Of a DNA stretch of 53,344 nucleotides, positions 49,392 through 53,344 are shown one piece after another. Each line of letters starts with the position of its first letter. The stretch's first letter is position 1. The translations under genes were made by a program, and so were the position numbers. Source of the DNA: Welwitschia mirabilis (lineage: Eukaryota); NCBI GenBank assembly GCA_051453625.1, contig JBOZIK010000001.1, positions 3,796,195 through 3,849,538 of the forward strand. Direction: 5' to 3'. A model generated the notes under the pieces. That model saw only the letters and a list, made by a program, of their open reading frames with translations, was not told the DNA's origin and did not search any database.

Positions 49392-51699
49392 GTGAGAATA
49401 ACTTTTGAGAGAGAAATGGATATATTCCCTATAAAATTATTCAAGATTGATGTAGAAGATACTAGTAATTATCACTTGTCACATAAATTGAAGACATTTT
49501 TCAATTAATTTTACTTCATAAGAAATAGCAATATTATTAAATATAAGTGAAAAGCTAAGTAATAGAGTGTTGATTATTTTTCACTATGAAAAAAGAATCA
49601 TTAGAAAAATGAAAATCTAATAATTATGGCATCATGCCTTCCACTGAAATTTTCCTTACTAAGCCTTATCGCATATCATGCTGAAGATCTCAATTAAAAA
49701 AATTAGAAGCAATGATAAAAAATCATAAGCCAAAGAACAACCTTATTTAATAGAGTAGTGAATAGAAAAGAAAGAACTCACCCCATAAGAATTTGCTATA
49801 CGAGCATTTGCATTAGTAAAGAGACATCAAACCATATGAAAAAATTGAGATGTAAAATCTAAATTTTTCATATAAGCCAAAGTAAAATCCCATGTAATTT
49901 TATCGCATGCCTTAATACAATTGAGCTTAAAAAAGTCCACAGCCTTATTAAAATCAATTTTCCACTAATGTCTTTCTCAAGATGTCATAACATTTGAAAT
50001 AATATATCTATTGAGAACAAAATCTATTTATTATTTTATGATAATATTTGGAAGAATTTATTTAATCTAACAAGCCTGGCCAAATTTTATAAGAAACATT
50101 TAACAAAGTAATAGGTTATCAATTACCAATCAGAAGAGGACTCCTAGATTTAGACAAAATATGAATAACTTCTCTATTAATATAACACATAAGTAAAACT
50201 TGAAGTATGGCCTATCTTACAACATTAAGAAAATCATAGCCTAATAAATCCTAGCTCTTTAAGAAATTATATGGGAAAATCATCAAAACTAAGGGCTTTA
50301 CCATCAGCCATATCAGAACAACTATCTTTAAGCTCTTTAAGAGAAATTTCTACATCCAATATTTGACACATTTCTCTAGTACGAACTGCAGAAAGAAATG
50401 AAGAGACATACCAAAACTCATTTATATTGATTATAGTTTTTTTAAATATTATTTAAAAATGATTCTTTAAAAAATAAAGGGTGTCATTATAATTATGAAG
50501 AATTTGGTCATAACCCTATAAAGTAGAAATTTTAATTTTGTTATTAGATAAATTTAAAAATTTTAAAAACATTTGAAGTTTTCATATTAAGTCTATAACT
50601 ACCAGAGTCTACCAATACTTGCTACCTAAAAATGCCTCTCATTGTTTTAAGCCAGATGAGCTTCATCAAGCATAGAATGAAGAGTTTCATTAAAAGGATT
50701 ATGAACAAGCTAGTTATTTAAATCTGAAACTTTTTAGGTAATAGAATGAAAGTAACATTTTCCTTGTCTTGCTACTTTTTTTTAAAAAAAATGAGTAGAA
50801 TTTATAACTCTATACAAAGTAGAATGATATCAATTAATCTATTCAATTATCCCGAAAACTCTAAGATCTATATTACAAAAAGTACAAATAATCTTTTTTT
50901 CCTTAGCATGGCACTTATACCAAGAGGTAGTAAGATAGAATAAATGGTAATGATCTCTTGGAGGAGAAATATAAAATTTCATGGAGACACACATGAAAAT
51001 GATCTAATAAAACTATCATATTTATAACCTTAATAAAGTATTTTAAATCTTAAAAGGAAATAAAATTTATTTAAACTCTTGTATATTTAATAGCTACCTT
51101 GATAAAAATTACTTCAAGTAAAATATTGTTGCATATTTTAGAATGAGCGATAAATTCCATCTAAAAGAGAAAAGTAATTTTTGAATTGCAATCGATCATT
51201 GAAATTAAAAGGATGTAAGAAAAAAATCCTCTCCATCTAATGTTTCATGAGATGAATCAATCATTTTAAAATCTCCTCAAAAAGAACTAAGGAATAGAAG
51301 GAAATATATGTATTAAATATTACTCATGAATATGATTAAAAAAAATTATGAAACAAATATCAAACATACCATTAATAGAAGAAATAATTATCCAACAGGA
51401 GCATTATTAAGGATTCAAACTGGAAGAAGAAATTTGTGAAGTTCAATGAAAAGTTACTAAAATGGTAGTCCCTTCACATCCCTTAGAATGAGAAGTATTA
51501 AAAACTTAGAAGTTTTCCAATAGTTTGTAAGAGAAAAATTGCAAATCTAAATTTGTAATCTTAATCTCTTAAATTGGAAAAAAAATCTAAATGTAGATAA
51601 ATCCTAGAGATAAAAACTCTAAAGCGCTTCTATTGGAGCTTATTCATAAAGCCTTAAAAGTTCAAATAAATAATATTCATTAAGCTAGATGTACAATAA

Positions 51700-52760
51700 A
51701 ATGAACTCGTTAGTATTAAAAACTAGTTGTATCAACATTTATACCTTCAATAGTAATAAATAGATTTGAAATAACATACCCTGAAGAAGTCTAGTAAGAT
51801 GATATAGAAGAAGATTAAGTATAAGACTTAATATGTTTAGAAAATTTTCTCATTCAAAAGTAACTAATTATTGGAAGAAGAAGAGATCTTATTTAAGAAA
51901 GGAAGTGATGGAACTAGATAAGATTCATTTGATGTACCTTCAAACCACTGATTCTTAGATTTTGCAACTTGATCATTTTCCACAGGGTTTAAAGAAAAGT
52001 GAACAATTTTGTTGATGAATTTGACACGGCATTTTGTTGCTTTATCAAAAGATAATCATCATGATAATAATAAATGTATTTCTTCAAATTGAAGTAATCA
52101 ATCTTCTAAGTAAAGAAACAATCTTTAGCACTTAGATTATGCTTATACTTTACTAAGGTAACCCTAATAAAATAATGTACATTATGAATAGGATTGAAGG
52201 AAACCTCCACAAAATAATATGTCTTTTAAATTTCATTAAAGAAAAAGTTTTTTGTATGAAAGATAGGATTAATGCAACCAATGATTTCACATTCAAAATG
52301 GTGAAAAATAGGTGGAAGGTTTGGAAGTTTAACATAACATGGAATTTCAGCATAAGCCATCAAAAATCAAATTTATATTTGGCATACTACTAAGGTCACT
52401 AAGATAGTTATAAAATTTTGAATATCTAATGTTTCATGAACCATGTCAAAAGTAGCAAGTTCCATCAAAATAAAAGGCCTTAGTGAAATATTATGCATGG
52501 GAAACTTTAAGACAATTAGTGTAAAAAATATATTTAATGTGTATAGATATTGAAATATGATGTGGGATGAAGTCAACAATATAAAGAAAAGAACATTATG
52601 AAGAAAAACTATTTGATATCTCCTTAAAAACATAATGTAGTAATGTAAAATCAATAGTAGAAGGATCTTTAAATGTACCTTTCTCAAGGAGAGGCAAAGA
52701 ATTAGGCAAACCAGTGTGCATAGGATTAGGATTTATAGAGTTGCTTATGATACCAATAGT
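51700..52760 (-). pseudogene. Putative LINE ORF1 remnant
   Basis: Coding-like region directly upstream of ORF2, with a possible decayed zinc knuckle (GLP...AKDC, about 52120-52165). Weak motif support. Confidence 0.45.
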
Positions 52761-52779
52761 TGTTATTAGTTAGGACTAC

Positions 52780-53344
52780 TAATAATATTATATAATAAAA
52801 ATATTATTAATTATTTATAATGAAAAATAATAATAAGATAAGACATAATAATAATAATATAAAATATAATTTAACAATAATTAATAAGTTTTTAAAATGT
52901 TATAATAAATAAAAATATGTAAGTATAATCATAATAAAATCATAATAGTAATAAGGTTAATGTTAATTAAGAAATGATAATAGTTTGGAATTAAAATTAT
53001 ACTATGTTTTTTTCTACATGATATTGAAGGATGTTTATTTTGTTATTAGAATATTCTTAGAGTGAAGATAAAGAAAATAAAAATAAGAAAATATGCATTT
53101 AATCAAATAATTATTTATAAGGAAGTAAAGAAGAAAAATCATTTAAAAACAAAAATTAAAAAAAGAGAGAATAAAAAAGAGAAAGGGAGGCAAGAAGGGA
53201 AGAGGGGGTAAGTGGAAGGGGAAGAGAAATAAGGAGAAGGGTGGGGATGGGAAAGGGAAAGATTCGAGAGAAGGAGGAAGAAGAGAAGAGAGAAGAAAAG
53301 AAGGAAAGAAAAAGAGAGAGGAAGGAGAAAAGAGAAAGAGATCC
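52780..53344. repeat. Low-complexity AAT-rich tract followed by a purine-rich (GA) tract
   Basis: AAT-rich 52780-52990; almost only A/G from about 53160 to the window end. Confidence 0.8.

Larger units (their letters stand above)
47050..51680 (-). pseudogene. LINE ORF2 (AP endonuclease, reverse transcriptase, C-terminal zinc finger remnant)
   Basis: MNIIYLNF*GF (51680, APE start), GDFKMI (about 51260-51277), MADGKALSFDDFP (about 50275-50311; cf. KAPGxDGF), PITLLNVSYKI (about 50083-50115), KACDKITWDF (about 49885-49913; cf. KAYDxxxWxF), IK*GCSLA (about 49728-49752; cf. RQGCPLA). Confidence 0.85.
47033..53344 (-). mobile_element. Near full-length decayed L1-type LINE
   Basis: ORF2 motifs in the expected order (APE, RT, zinc finger), an upstream ORF1-like region, and a pyrimidine-rich 5' region on the minus strand. 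Both ends are approximate. Confidence 0.8.

Noticed and set aside
1..53344. Fungal RIP as the cause of the C>T bias
   Set aside because: Athila- and SIRE-type elements indicate a plant host; methylation-driven deamination is the simpler explanation.
53160..53344. Purine tract as a host gene promoter or UTR
   Set aside because: No exon or ORF support in the window; it fits a LINE leader or plain low-complexity DNA, though sequence beyond the window could change this.

Overview
AT-rich plant intergenic or heterochromatic DNA made almost entirely of old, nested, decayed retrotransposons. I found no host gene, RNA gene or intact ORF; the supplied ORFs are pseudogene fragments, antisense shadows or N-gap artefacts. 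Contents: (1) Ty3/Gypsy Athila-like elements with tRNA-Asp-type PBS: a partial copy at 1-2964, an LTR remnant at 2965-3966, a structurally complete minus-strand copy at 7774-29005 (TSD AAGTA) and an LTR fragment at about 46654-47032. (2) Two copies of a pol-less, Athila-derived LTR family: about 3967-37425 (minus strand, split by insertions) and 38844-46641 (plus strand). (3) Ty1/Copia SIRE-like elements: 10426-18540 (TSD AAAAC, env-like extra ORF), about 29330-36764, a fragment at about 37426-38843, and a probable solo LTR at 43831-45321. (4) A near full-length decayed L1-type LINE on the minus strand at about 47033-53344. Nesting can be reconstructed to at least four, possibly six, layers. 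Decay is dominated by C>T/G>A changes, including non-CpG contexts. Four N gaps are present. I see no convincing novel system; the best leads are the pol-less family, the shared env-like ORF motif and the family-specific palindrome arrays. All alignments were done by eye.
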